Both the position numbers and the translations under genes were made by a program. From Callorhinchus milii (taxonomy: Eukaryota), in assembly GCF_018977255.1 (NCBI RefSeq), contig NW_024704746.1, positions 67,518,001 through 67,582,000 on the forward strand: a stretch of 64,000 nt of DNA, read 5' to 3'. The notes under the pieces were generated by a model that was not told the origin of the DNA, searched no databases, and saw only the letters and a list, made by a program, of their open reading frames with translations. Positions 39,801 through 52,075 of this stretch are shown here, one piece after another. The number at the start of each line of letters is the position of its first letter. Position 1 is the stretch's first letter.

Positions 39801-40589
39801 CAGATAGAGATATGACAGTTACTTACAGTCAGCAGTGAAGGAGTCGGGGGGGGGGATCCCAGACGTTCAGTCTCCAGCAGCCCTCGTTTCTTCTCTGTTC
39901 TCTCTCTCCCTTTCAGTTTTTCTCTCTCTCTGCCTCCCTCTGTCTTTCTCCCTCTGTCTCTTTGTTTTTCTCCTTCCCCCCTTCTCTCTTTGTGGCTGAG
40001 CTGTGCGTGTGTGTGTGTGTGTCTCTCTCTCTCTCTGTCTTCCCCTTTCTCTGTCTCTCTCTGGTTCTGTCTGTGTGTGTGTGTGTGTCTCTCCCTCTGA
40101 CCTGTGCTGTGGTAGGGAGACAGACCCAGACCCAGACAGACAGACAGACAGAGCTGCTCAGCTCTGCTCAGCCCTTTGTGTGAGAGGCTCAGTGACGCCG
40201 TTTGCCACCAGAGGATGTTGAGGATGTGGCTTGGCTTGGGTTGGGTTGGGTTGGGTTTGTGCTGATCCTGGGCGTGAATGAACAGCTCTGGGCGGGAAGC
40301 TAAACCTCTACATGTTTAATTTAAATCTGCAAAACCTTCCCCCTCTCCCCTCCCACCCCCTTAAGGACCTTTTCTTACACCGTTTCAAAAGCAACTACCC
40401 CTGAAGCAGCCCCTCTGCTGCCCATATAAGGCAACACGCAATATTTGTGGACTAATATTTGGTGGACTTTGGGCTACAATATTTTCTGTCTCAAGCTCTC
40501 TTGACTCTTTCTTCTTTTCCTCTCTGTTACTCTCCTCCTTGGCTCTCTTTTTCTCTCTCGGGACTCACTCACTCACTCACATTCACATA

Positions 40590-40770
40590 CAGTATTTGCT
40601 CTCACTCTCACACATACAGCATTGCTCTCACTCTCACACACATACATCATTGCTCTCACTCTCACACACATACATCATTGCTCTCACTCTCACACACATA
40701 CAACATTGCTCTCACTCTCACACACAGTATCGCTCTCACTCACTCACACACAGTATTGCTCTCACTCACT
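40590..40770. repeat. ~28-bp tandem repeat (CATTGCTCTCACTCTCACACACATACAT), about 7 imperfect copies
   Basis: Direct inspection. Confidence 0.85.
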
Positions 40771-40884
40771 GACCCACCCACAGCTTAGGTGCAAAACCTT
40801 AACTGTCCAGCGCCTTGGGACGTCCTTCGGACATACATGAATGAATGAAATGCGCTGTGTAACTGTAATCAGTTGTTGTTATGA

Positions 40885-41560
40885 ATATGATACCAGAAAC
40901 ACATGGTTATCATGTCCAGCCCTCGCACAATCAAAAGAGTGTCCGATTTCGCATAATAATGTGGCTAAACGTATTCACTGGACAATTTGTGAACACTCTT
41001 GATATTAATCGATGTAAAGAACAACTGGTAGAAACAATAAGCCAGCAAAAGTGACATCGAGAAATAATATCACAATAATCTGGGAAACAACAGCAACAAA
41101 TCACATTTGCACAGCGCCTTTCACATTGGGAGGACGTCCCAAGTACATACAGACAAGACCAGATATTTTAAACTGTCTCCGACATGGAGGGTGTTCATAT
41201 AAGTGCAAGTTTATGTTGTTGTTCTCATAACAAACAATATGTAGTAGTATTTAGATAGATTGATCTACAAATTGAATTTGGACGTACGTGACAATGTCAA
41301 ACAAACATAGTGTCCTATAATCAACGGTGCAACTGGAGCTGTTAATAAGACTATTCAGAAATGGCTCGACAAGATACCTGGTGAACAAAATATCAACAAC
41401 TTGCAAAAAAGAAAAGTAGCTATGGTAGGAAGTTCAAACGTACTGAGAAAAATAACATGCATTCATTCATATGTAATGTGTCAATGCAATTGCAATTTGT
41501 CTGGCTGACCCATCGCTCAAAACCATTTAGAAACTGCCTCCTAAGGAGTGATTTAAACCG
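40885..41560 (+). mobile_element. Degraded R4/Dong-clade (RLE endonuclease) non-LTR retrotransposon, 3' fragment
   Basis: Frameshifted peptides SCPALAQ...HNNVAKRIHWTIC, PAKVTSRNNITIIW, and PIINGATGAVNKTIQKWLDKIPG...LQK.KVAMVGSSNVLRK. Interrupted by L2-tail pieces at about 41090-41230. Confidence 0.75.
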
Positions 41561-43866
41561 TAATAACATAATAATTATAATAATAATCCCCCGTGTGATA
41601 CAGCGTCTTTCATGTCAGCAGAATGTCCCACAGGATTCATTACACTGTAGTGACTGTGTGTTTTGCAGGCGAAGGAGGTGGACAAGTTGCGTGTAGGGCG
41701 ACGTCTCACAAACAGTCGAGAAGTGACCGATTTTAACTGGGGGGGGGGGTAGTGGATTGTCGGTCAGGACACGGAGAGAGAAAGAGAGAGAGAAAAACTC
41801 CCTTCTTCTTTCCAACAGCGTTGCGGGAGATCTTTAACAGAAGGACGGCACCTCTGACAGCGCTGTGCTTTGCGAGTTCAAAGTCACCAGCTTCAGACAG
41901 CAGAGGCGAGAGTGCGTACGCACATCAGATGAGTGTTAAACCTCACTCCCCCTGCCTGTGCCCTGTTCAGGGAGAACGTTAAAAATCTTGGGACGCTGTC
42001 GGGGGAAAGAGAAGGGAGTTTTGCCTCCTCTCGCTCTCCCAGTGTCCAGCGACGATTCCCCCCCCTCCACCACCGGATAAAATCGCTCGCTAACTTCATG
42101 ACTGTTTTGGTGGCTCCGAGATTGGCTGCCAAGTTTGCCTCCGAATAGACGGGCACAAAGGCAGCCGACAACAATGACAGAGAAACGGTTTGAGAGGTTT
42201 CGCTGCTGCTGGCGCTGGGTCAAGCACAGGGAAGATTTATTATTTAGTTGGATCGTCAGATTGAACGGGGATGTTTGCCAGGCCCTCATGCTGACGAGGC
42301 TGAAGGTCACGGGGTGAACGCAATGTAAATGTCTCCTGCGAGCAAGTTTTTTTAAATTTAAATTCAGAGACTCCCAGAGCAGTGCACAGGTGTGTGCGCC
42401 CTGGGGAATCTTCTGCACACTGTGTGTCTGTGTGTGTGTCTGTCTGTGAGTGAGTCTCACTCTGTGTGTGTCTCTCTCACTCACTTAATCTGTGTCTCGG
42501 TCTCTCTCACTACGTGTGTGTGTGTCACTCTCTATCTGAGTGTGTGTCTATCTTTGTGTGTGTGTGTCTCTCTCTCACTCTATCTGCGTATGTGTCTCAC
42601 AGTCTCACTTTTATCTCCCTACCTATCTCTCACGGTCTTTTCTGTGTGTCTCTATCTCTCTGTCTCTCTTGCCCGGTGACAAGCAAATATATTAATGATG
42701 AACTGCTCTTCCCTCTATGTTCAGACACAGTTTCTGACCACCATTTATCTCTCTCTCTCCGAATCAATCCCGCTCTTAATCTGCGTGGCTCCAGATAACT
42801 CCTTATGCAATTCTCGTGGCCATTTGCAAATCAGATTAAAGCCATATATCATTTCAGAGCCAATTGCCTGTTACACAACTTACATCTGTTGATGCAACAG
42901 TGACAGAGAACTAAATATATCACACAACCGAGGTTCTCTGGGGATACAGACAAACAGTTCTCAAGGCTGAGAGTTAACTAATGGTATTTAAACCTCAGTG
43001 TGGCTCAGAGACTGGAAGAACAAATTATTTATAATAATAATAATCCTTACTTTTGATACAGCGCCTTATCACATCAGGGGCTCATCACATCTAGGCTGAG
43101 GGTCAGAGAACAACGTCTCAAAGTGCTTCACGGGACATATTGTAAATGTAGTGACTTTATTTTTCAGGCAAACACATCACCCAATTTAGCGCACAACAAA
43201 ATCCCACAAACAGCTATGAAGTGAGTGGCCAATTTTGTTAGGGGGATTGTCGGCCAGGACACGGGGAGAGAGAGAGGGAAAGTCCCTTCTCCTTTTGAGC
43301 AGGGCCGTGGGATCTTTAACGTTGACCTGAACAGGCAGACGGGGAGTGAGGTTTAACGTCTCCTCCGAAGGACGGCGTCTCCGTCAATGCAACACCCCTG
43401 TGTGATTCAAAGTCCTGACTTTTGGGGGTGGGGGTGAGTGGGGGGAAAAAGAGGAAGGGGTAGTGGTAGCAGAATAGGGTAGGAAGGGGGGTAATTCCTG
43501 ACTTGGGGCTTTAACCCATAACCTACTGACAGAGAGAGGAGGGAGCGAGGCGGGCAGGTTGTTGAAGCGATGAGTCACAGTGAGAAGTGGGGAGGAAGTG
43601 GTGGGGAACAGCTGGTTGGAAATTACCTGGCAATTTATCTTTATCTCTTACCGGGTCTCCTAATGCCAGGCCACACACCGGCCCCCGCACCACTTCTTCC
43701 CCCCTCCCCTGCAATCCCCTGCCCCCTCCCCCCAGTCACAAACCGCAGCATGAGTTCCGAGAAAAGGCTGCCATGTAGAGGAAAAAAAAACAGATGCAAA
43801 ATTATTTTACCGTTTGTTTTTTTTTAAAAAAACACCCACACAGAGAAGCAGCAGGATGCTGGGCGA

Positions 43867-44340
43867 ACAATAATAATCGTTGCATTTGATATATATCAGG
43901 TCGCCGAGACGTCTCAAAGCGCTTCACAGCATATACCGTAAGGTACAGTGACTTGTATATATTGTGGGTGAAACGCGGCAGCCAATTGCGCACAGCAGCT
44001 TCCCCACAAACAGCCGTGGACTGAATGACCAAATTTATTTGAGGGATTGTTGGCCAGGACACCGGGAGAGAGAGAGAGAGAAGCTGCCTTCTCCCTTCGA
44101 GCAGGGTCGCGGGATCTTTAACGTCCACCTGAGCAGGCAGACGTGGAGTGAGGTTCAACGTCTCATCTGAAGGACGGCGTCTCCGTCAATGCAACACCAC
44201 CCCCAGTGCTGCGCTGGGACGTCAGCTTGGACTGTGTGGTTCGAAGTCCTGACTTTTGGTGGTGGTGGTGGGGGTTTTGAACCCACAACCTTCTGACTAC
44301 AGAGGCGAGAGAGAGAGCTACCACTGAACCAGGCGGACAC
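43867..44340 (-). mobile_element. Near full-length Deu-domain SINE (SacSINE1/AmnSINE-like)
   Basis: tRNA-like head, CCTTC.GATGAGACGTT.AACC...CAGGTGGACGTTAAAGATCCC core and the shared 3' tail. Other copies at about 12804-13110, 21200-21705, 33115-33560, 43030-43530, 53690-54070 and 57950-58218. Confidence 0.82.
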
Positions 44341-44477
44341 ACAAATGTGTTCCATCGTGACACGCGCGCACACACGACAGAACACTCGCTCACCTTCAGC
44401 TGACTGGCTTGTGGATTGGCGTTGGGATTCCTTGGGTGCGGATGTTTGGTCGGTGGGAACACAGTCCGGATACTCAC

Positions 44478-44721
44478 CGGTAATCAGCGGACCCCGAGAT
44501 GAGGGGCGTCCAAGCCTCCCCTCCACCTCGGCCCCCATACCAACCGGCCCAGGCTGGGTACAGGTGGGGGCCGCGGGCTGGGCTGGCAGGGTTCCGGGCT
44601 GGCTCAGTGGGGGTTGCAGCCTGGGGGTGGGGAGGGGGTCTAGCGCTGGCATTTCTTGCCCCCCGCTCTCGCCGGCTCCCCCGAAGCAGTGCAGCAGAGC
44701 GGAGCACGGATGCAGAGGCAT
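44478..44721 (-). CDS. FAM107B: FAM107B long-isoform first coding exon (MPLHPCSALLHCFGG...RGPLIT)
   Basis: ATG at 44721 and phase-1 donor CCG|GTGAGT, compatible with the phase-1 acceptor at 24918. The N-terminus resembles the recalled human long-isoform motif MHPFPCSALLACFG. A second in-frame donor lies at 44394. Confidence 0.7.
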
Positions 44722-47119
44722 TTCACCAGCTCAGCTCCCTCCCGCTTGCAAACACATTGAACTGAACGAGCCAGGATACACAAGGCCTGGATACACAATG
44801 AAAGCTTACAGTGTTACAGGGACAGAGGTCTTTCCCCTGCCGAGCGATTGAGTGTCGTCAAGGCTGTTGACTCTCGAGAGCAGCCACACAGGCGTTGAGT
44901 TACCTGCGACTATGAGAAAGCAATCGGCCCTGACATTCTGTTCATTCAACGCTATGGAGGGAAGATCGCACTCGTTCTACAGTTACACGCCATTAAATAT
45001 TTAATCTTCGGGCTCCGAAGGAGGCATTTGTGCGTTGGCTCAAACGTTGTTTGTTTCGACAACAACTTGCCTTTAATATTATTATTAATAATAATAATCC
45101 CTGCATTTGATACAGCGCCTTATCAAGTCTCAAAGCGCTTCACAGGATACACTGCAAAGTATGTGTCTTTTGCGGGCGAAACGTGGCAGCCAATTGCGCA
45201 CAGCAGCGTCCCCACAAACAGCCGCGGAATGAGTGACCGATTGTATCTGGGGGATTGTCGGCTAGGACGGGGAGAGGGAGAAACTCCCTTCTCTTTTCGA
45301 ACAGCGCCGCGGGATCTTTTAATGTCCACCTGAACAGGCAGACGGGGAGTGAGGTTTAACGTCTCCTCCGAAGGACAGCGTCTCCGACCCCCACCCTTCA
45401 CCCAGCACCTCACTGGAGCGTCAGCTTAGACTATGAGCTAACCTAGCAGCAAGTAGGAACTCAGTTGTCAGTCAAATGGCAGATACTTTGTGGGGATAAT
45501 AATCCCTGCAAAAATAAAAAAAATTGGACCGTCTGTGGGATGTTGCTGTGTGCAATTGGCTGCTGTATTTCGCCTACAATACATTTGTAAATTGCTTTGA
45601 GACATCTCAACGACGTGATAAGGAGCTGTTTAAAATGCAAGAATTATTATTAACGATTCTTAAATAAAGGAATGATATGAAGGCTATTCGATGTAGAAAA
45701 AGCTGCAAACATTATCTGATCGAAAAAACAACCAACGCCCAAGTAACTAAGAACTGTGAGCGAGGATGACAGCACAACAGACTAATCAGACTGATCTTGT
45801 TTAGTTGGGCAATGGTACAGGGGAAGGGGTTGGCAGCAGATGTTAAACAGTGATATCCTCTGGTACACAAGAGAGTTGACTTTTAACTGCGGTTTCACCT
45901 CAAAGACAATTTGCAGCACAGCAAAAGCTCACAAGGCTCATTGTGTCTTCATTATTGCTGCTCACCACCCCAACACGGCAGCCAGATACATTCAGCCACA
46001 TAGAGCTAAGTAGAGCTACAGAGATATATAGAGTTAAATAGTTACATAACAATAACACTCTTTCATTCAATACAGCGCCTTATCATATCATTGAGATGTC
46101 TCAAAGCTCTTCACAGAATATACTGTAAAGACTATACCCTTTGTGCGCGAAATACGATAGTCAATTGCACACAGCAATGTCCCACAAATAGTCGTGGATT
46201 AAGTGACCACATTTTTGTGTGAGGTATTCTTACCACCTGAAAGTGAACCACCAATTGACTAACAACCCCGCCCCCCCCCCAGAGGACAGAGTTCAAAATC
46301 CTTGTCCTTGCTGTCGAAGCCCTCCATCCATGGGATTGCCCCTTTCTACCTGTGACCTAGGTAGTAGGTAAACAGAGGTGTGTGGAGTAAGGAAACTTGC
46401 CTAAGGAGCTAAATAGAGATACAGAGCTACACAGTGATAACATCTTTAATATCCACCGCATGGACAGGACCTCGGTTTAAAGTCTCATCTCAAGGACCGC
46501 ATCTCCAACAATGCATCAGCCTAAATTGTGAATTCAAAATCCCAACATGGGGGCTTGAACCTACAACTTTGTGACTCAGAAGTAAAGTGCTGGTACAAAC
46601 TGAGCCAGGCTGACACACACTTTACTATGAAATGTAACAACTTTGCATTTTGGTGTGATATTTTGAGCCGGTGTGAAAACTCAGTGGCCTGTTTGGCTCT
46701 CAGCTGTCCTTTAAACCTCACATCCGTGCTCTAACCAGTTCAGCTTTCCACTACCGCCGTAATATTATCTGCCGCCACCAATCCCTCTCCCTTCAGGCTG
46801 CCGAGACCCTCATCCACACATTCATCACGTCCAGGCTATATTGCGCCAGCCTCCCCAACTCTTCCTCCACAAGCTGCAGATCATCCAGAACTCTGGAAGT
46901 CTCAGTCAAGTAAGATCACAATACTGACCTCATTATCTATTAACCTCACCTCTATGTTTGTGCAATACAGAGCATTCACAAAGCAAATACCTTTCCAAAG
47001 TTCTTTACCCAGTCTCTGCTTTTAACCGCTTTTTTGCTGTTGCAGAAAATCGATTTGATTCAAAACCCCTAGAACCGAATGGTTAAGTATTAATTTTTAT
47101 CAAGTTCCATGAACCTATC

Positions 47120-47505
47120 ACCCCCATCCTCACCCAGCTCCATTGGCTCCCCACCTCCCCAGAGGATAGAGTTCAAAATCACTGTCAAAGCCCTCCATGG
47201 CATTGCCCCTTCCTGTCTCCTTACTGACCTGTCCGCTCAGCAGGCTCTGGCCTGCTCCACGTTCCCCGCCCATCTCTTCGCCCCCACCCTCTAGAACTCC
47301 ATCCCACAGTCCCTTCGCCTTGCCCCTCGCTTGGCTCCTTCAAGATCTGTCTCAAGACCCTCCTGTTCGACTGCGCCTTCGGTCACCCTCCTACTCCTAC
47401 CCTCCACCTCCCTGATACCAACATCCTGTAAATCCTGACTGTCCAGCGCCTTGGGACGTCCTCCCGACGTGAAAGGTGCAATTAGAAACATAATTTGTTG
47501 TTGGT
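47120..47505 (+). mobile_element. L2 LINE 3' fragment (additional piece at 46740-46900)
   Basis: RIEFKI..KALHGIAPS, FKICLKTLLFD, tail GTCCAGCGCCTTGGGACGTC. Confidence 0.8.
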
Positions 47506-48572
47506 CACTCACTTCATGGCTGTTTGTGGGGACATGGCGTTGTGCAAATAGCTGCCGGTTTCATCTACAAAACAGTCACTGCGCTTTACAGTAGATCCTG
47601 AGAAGCATTTTCCAATATCCTCCTGATACGAAAGGCTCTGTATCAAATGCAAAACATTATTATTATTATTGTTAATGAACCAAAATATACAATACCTTGT
47701 AATGGCCACAATGGTCGAAATTGCTGAAGAGCGCCCCATCGTGGCCACTCAAGGCAATTGTCTTTGAGAAAGGGTAATAAATAGTGCTGCATTCGTGAAA
47801 CAGTTACTTTAATAATAATTTAATAACAAGATTATAAAGTACTCTGGGGGCACAGAGAGCTCATTGGCTTCAGGAAGAGAGAAGGCCCAACAAGGGGACG
47901 TAAGATCCAAATCAAAGCTAGACTGATTAGAAGTGAGCAAAAGAAAATTCTGCACACAGAAGTGCGGTCAAATAACAATACTTTTGACATTTGCGTGGTC
48001 AAATAATTATCCATTTAATTTAGTGCCTTTCACGTCAGGATGCCCCAAAGCGCTTTATGGGATTTGACTGTGAAGTGTAGTGACTATGTATTTTGAGGGC
48101 GAATGTTTGCCATTGCTCCAGAAAGTTGCCTGGGAAAAATGAGTCTTTTAATAATTATAATCTTTGCATTTGATATAGCTCCTTATCACATTGTGCTGTG
48201 GAGCGATTGTAATTTTTTTGTGATCAACCGCGGCAGCCAATTTGTGTACAACATCCCACAAACAGCCATGAAGCGAATGACAAACTTTTACTCAGGGAGA
48301 TTGTTGGCCAGGACACTAGGAGAAACTCTCTTCTAAGATTACAGACTTCTGAAGCACAGATTATGTTCCTAAAACTCCCTTCACCATCACTTTACCCAAG
48401 AAAATTCACTGAAAATACTGGTAAAATATGTAGCAAATTTATTTTTGTAGCATGCTATGCATGGCATATACAGATCGAAAATAAATTATAGCTTCCAACT
48501 GGCCTTTCTAAATAAATACTTTAATTTGATTTATTATTAATTGATTTTATTAGAAACCTAGGTGTGCGCTGT

Positions 48573-48757
48573 TTATAGATCATCTTTGGGATCTATGAAG
48601 TCAGAGCTGTACTTGGGTGCCAATGCCAAGATTAAATCGACAAATTCGCTTTTCTCCGCACAAGCCCGGCACACCTCGCTCCAGTTATCCAGGATCCTTT
48701 TCAGATCAGCCACTCGCATTGTTGAGAGCTTAGCCCTGGTCAGATCCAACACCTTAT
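48573..48757 (-). CDS. CDNF: CDNF exon 4 (SAP-like domain, CRAC motif, C-terminal PKDDL*)
   Basis: CCCCAG| acceptor, phase 1, TAA at 48573-75. CRAC is the CDNF-type CXXC (MANF has CKGC). Confidence 0.95.
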
Positions 48758-49200
48758 CTGGGGAACAAGGACACAGCCGTTTAACCATTTAACCAATACA
48801 ACATCATGCTTTGTTTAAGTGCTATGAGACGCCATCCAGCGCGGAGGGCGCTATATAAATACAAGTTGTTTATCACTGCAGGCGTAGACATGACATAATA
48901 ATACAAATATAATAATAAAAATAATAACATTAAGTACAACTTTATTTTTCTACTTAACATCGTAAAGAGCTCTCGGAACCTGGTTTTGGTCAATTGGCGG
49001 ATTGCTTTCTGGGAGTAATAATTCCTTCCCCCAAAAATAATGTGGTCCCTCAATCCAATTGGCTGCCGCGTTTCGCCCACAAAATAGTCGCCGCACTTTA
49101 TATTCTGTGAAGCGCTTTGAGACGTCTCAATTACATGATAAGGCCCAATACCAAATACAAGGATTATTATTATTAATAGAGGGAAAGGCCGCTGCTGTAC

Positions 49201-49342
49201 CATATCTGAGTTCACAAATCTGAGAGTCTTTCTTCTTCAGTTTTTCACAAATGTTAGTAACCGGCACGTGGGCACTCAGAGGACGGACGACTTCATTGAT
49301 AATTCTGGTCGCTGCATCACTTGTTCCTCCAATGTAATAACA
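49201..49342 (-). CDS. CDNF: CDNF exon 3 ([47 protein letters not shown])
   Basis: 142 nt, CTGCAG| and |GTACAG boundaries, MANF/CDNF saposin-like domain motifs. Confidence 0.96.
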
Positions 49343-49823
49343 CTGCAGAAAAAATACAGTTACATTTGATCAAGCGCCTGTCACATGCGGAAAATAAGGT
49401 TTACTGAAAGTGCAGTGTGTATTTGTAGAGTAAGCAAGAAGATACATCTTGTCTGATTCAGCAAAGCTGAAGTCATCCAGTTACTTGTCAGATAGTTAAA
49501 CTCTTAACAAAAATCTCAAGAATGTAACAGGAACTCAACAACAACTTGCACTTTAAAGGGCCCTTCATGCGAGGTAGAGACTTGGAGCGCTTAAACTCAC
49601 TCGTCAATTGTTTTAAATAGATATTAGATAGTGTTTGTGAAGTAATTTAGCTGCCACGTTTCACACACAAAATATACAGTCAATCCACTTTACAGTGTAT
49701 TCCGTGAAGCGCTTTGCGAAGTTTTGACAATGCGATAAGGCCCTATACAAAATGCAAGGATTATTATGTCTTTTCTTTGTTGAATTTGAACCGGAATTCT
49801 GTGTCCACACTTTGCACACTTAC

Positions 49824-49951
49824 CAGGCGGTTTTCCTTTCCTCTGGTATTCTCGCACATTAGTATTAATTCTGTTTCGATGTATTCTGGTGTGAATTCTA
49901 CATCTTGGGCTTGCAAATATTTGTAGAATTTATCCAGGAATCCAATGCATA
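49824..49951 (-). CDS. CDNF: CDNF exon 2 (VCIGFLDKFYKYLQAQDVEFTPEYIETELILMCENTRGKENRL)
   Basis: 128 nt, TCTCAG| and |GTAAG boundaries, GKENRL motif. Confidence 0.95.
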
Positions 49952-51859
49952 CTGAGAACCAGAAAATATGAAAAAACAGTCAAAACTGGGAATTAAATGT
50001 CTCAGAAAATACTAAGTCTGAGATAAGTCTAAGCTTGTATTCTCACACACACACACACACACACACACAAAGTGAGCAACTTGTCTTTACTTGTAGAAAT
50101 AAGAAGCTATTAATATAGGTTGAATCTTCTCGGTTGATAAGACATACAGGAGCTTAAGACCGATGTGGTCCTTTTGGCCTGTCTCAAACGTTAAAATGCT
50201 CACAAATCTCCGATAAAAGTGTTCATACAAATTATTGTAACACCAACAGAGAATGTCAAGGCAAAAGTACCCTATTTTCAATGGTAGCATTGTTAAAATA
50301 TAGGAACATAAGTAGGCTATGTAGATTTAAAAACCTACTGTACAAATATATGAGTCTATACCATCATTCTGTTAGATCATGATCTGTATCTCAACTCCAT
50401 TTACCCGCATTTGCCCCATATCCCTTAATATCCTGACCTAACAAGCATCTTAGCCACCTCAGTCTTGAAAATTTCAATTGATTCAGCATATACAGCCTTT
50501 TTGGGGGGGAGAGAGAGAGTTCCAGATGTGCATAGTTTTAAATTCCAAATTTAAAACTTTACACTGCCTTCATTTGTGAACGAATACAAGTAATTTAATC
50601 TTGAAAAAATCCCTTCAAATCAATATGAATCCAAAGTAATTTTGCTGAAGTCATTTGTGATAATAGCTATGTCAATTGCAAGAATCCAAACCAAGAAAAT
50701 TCACACCAAGAAAATTTAGGGCTGAATGGACATGGAAGGACACGGACATGGAGAGCTCTCTCTCTCTCTCCCCAACTAGGAATTCAGTAAAATGTTATGA
50801 TATATATTTGTATATGAGGTTTTTAAATCAACTATATGCCCAGCAGTACAATTATTCATTTTCTTTACAACAACAACAACCATAAATGACATTTACACGG
50901 AGGGTGACCTCCTCTGCGTGTGCGAAATTATATTTTGAGCTATTCCACACCAGGGTGAAATACTAGTAACAGTAATGGGAGCAACTTGAGGGGATGAATT
51001 AAGAGCATTATACAAGAAGTGCAATGGCATAACTTTAAAGTAAATCTGCTTAAATGTGATAGTGTTCTGTAGCAATGTTCCACCCTCTAACATTGGAGTT
51101 ATCATTAAACGACAAAAAGGCATGGTTCAACGAATGTTCTGCATTATGGAAGGGTAATGCGATTATCCTGCACCATGCACTAGGGGTGGAGATATGATTT
51201 GCATGAGAAATGGGAAATTTTGTATTACAAACAAACAGAAACAGATTCATCAGATTAGGCAAACAGAGGAGATTATCCCCAAGAGGTTAGATAATTAACA
51301 AGATAAACTAAACCGTATTTTATATAGGATATGAATTCAACACTTTGTTAGGATTATGATTGGCGTTCCTACAAAAAGCATGTTAAAGACTTCACAGACA
51401 CACACTCACCATGTACATAAAATGTTTATAATGCACCGCTTGCTGCACCCGAGTCTTTAGTATCTCTTCATGAATTTCGCTGCCTGTGTGTGCTAAACAT
51501 GCTTACATAGGTCAGACACATTTATAACATGTTATTTGCATGATTCAAACTGCTTCACACAGGTTATCTACAAATGGCATACACCTCAAAGCATCAACTC
51601 TCTCAATGAGACATTTCCTCAAGACTGCCTGACTGCCCAAACCATTCTTTCTTCAACAAATAGAACAGAATTGGCAGGAAATACAGTTCTTTTGTTTAGC
51701 TGACAAATGTTCTCCTTTTGGGTTTGCCTCAGTTACAAAAATGCTGCAATGTACAATCGTAGCAAAATGAATTCAGTTCACTCACTGGGAATCATGATTC
51801 AGCAGTGGGATTCAGGTTCGAACCTTTGAAATGCAATTATTCCAATTGATTGGTGATTT

Positions 51860-52075
51860 GATAACGAGGGAGTATAAATTTAGCATCGTCACTGGAAGAG
51901 TTGAGGAGGAAGGTTAGGCGACTTCCCCACACAGAGGAATATTAGAACACAAAATACTTTGCTGCCAAGAGACTATTCGAGCTGGAGACTGAAACATTTA
52001 TAATACACATTTGATGAAACATTCAAGAGGAACAATATAAAAGGGAACAGAATTGGGATTAGAGAGCGTGTATGG
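51860..52075 (+). mobile_element. Old CR1 3'-end fragment in CDNF intron 1
   Basis: Degenerate TR...KF...FP.QR...NTL end of ORF2. Other CR1 3'UTR pieces at about 29105-29230, 37780-37905, 38392-38505 and 50320-50530. Confidence 0.55.

Noticed and set aside
51197-51212. OCT-SOX composite-like site in CDNF intron 1
   Set aside because: The octamer is perfect but the SOX half is imperfect and mis-spaced; a single motif is insufficient evidence.
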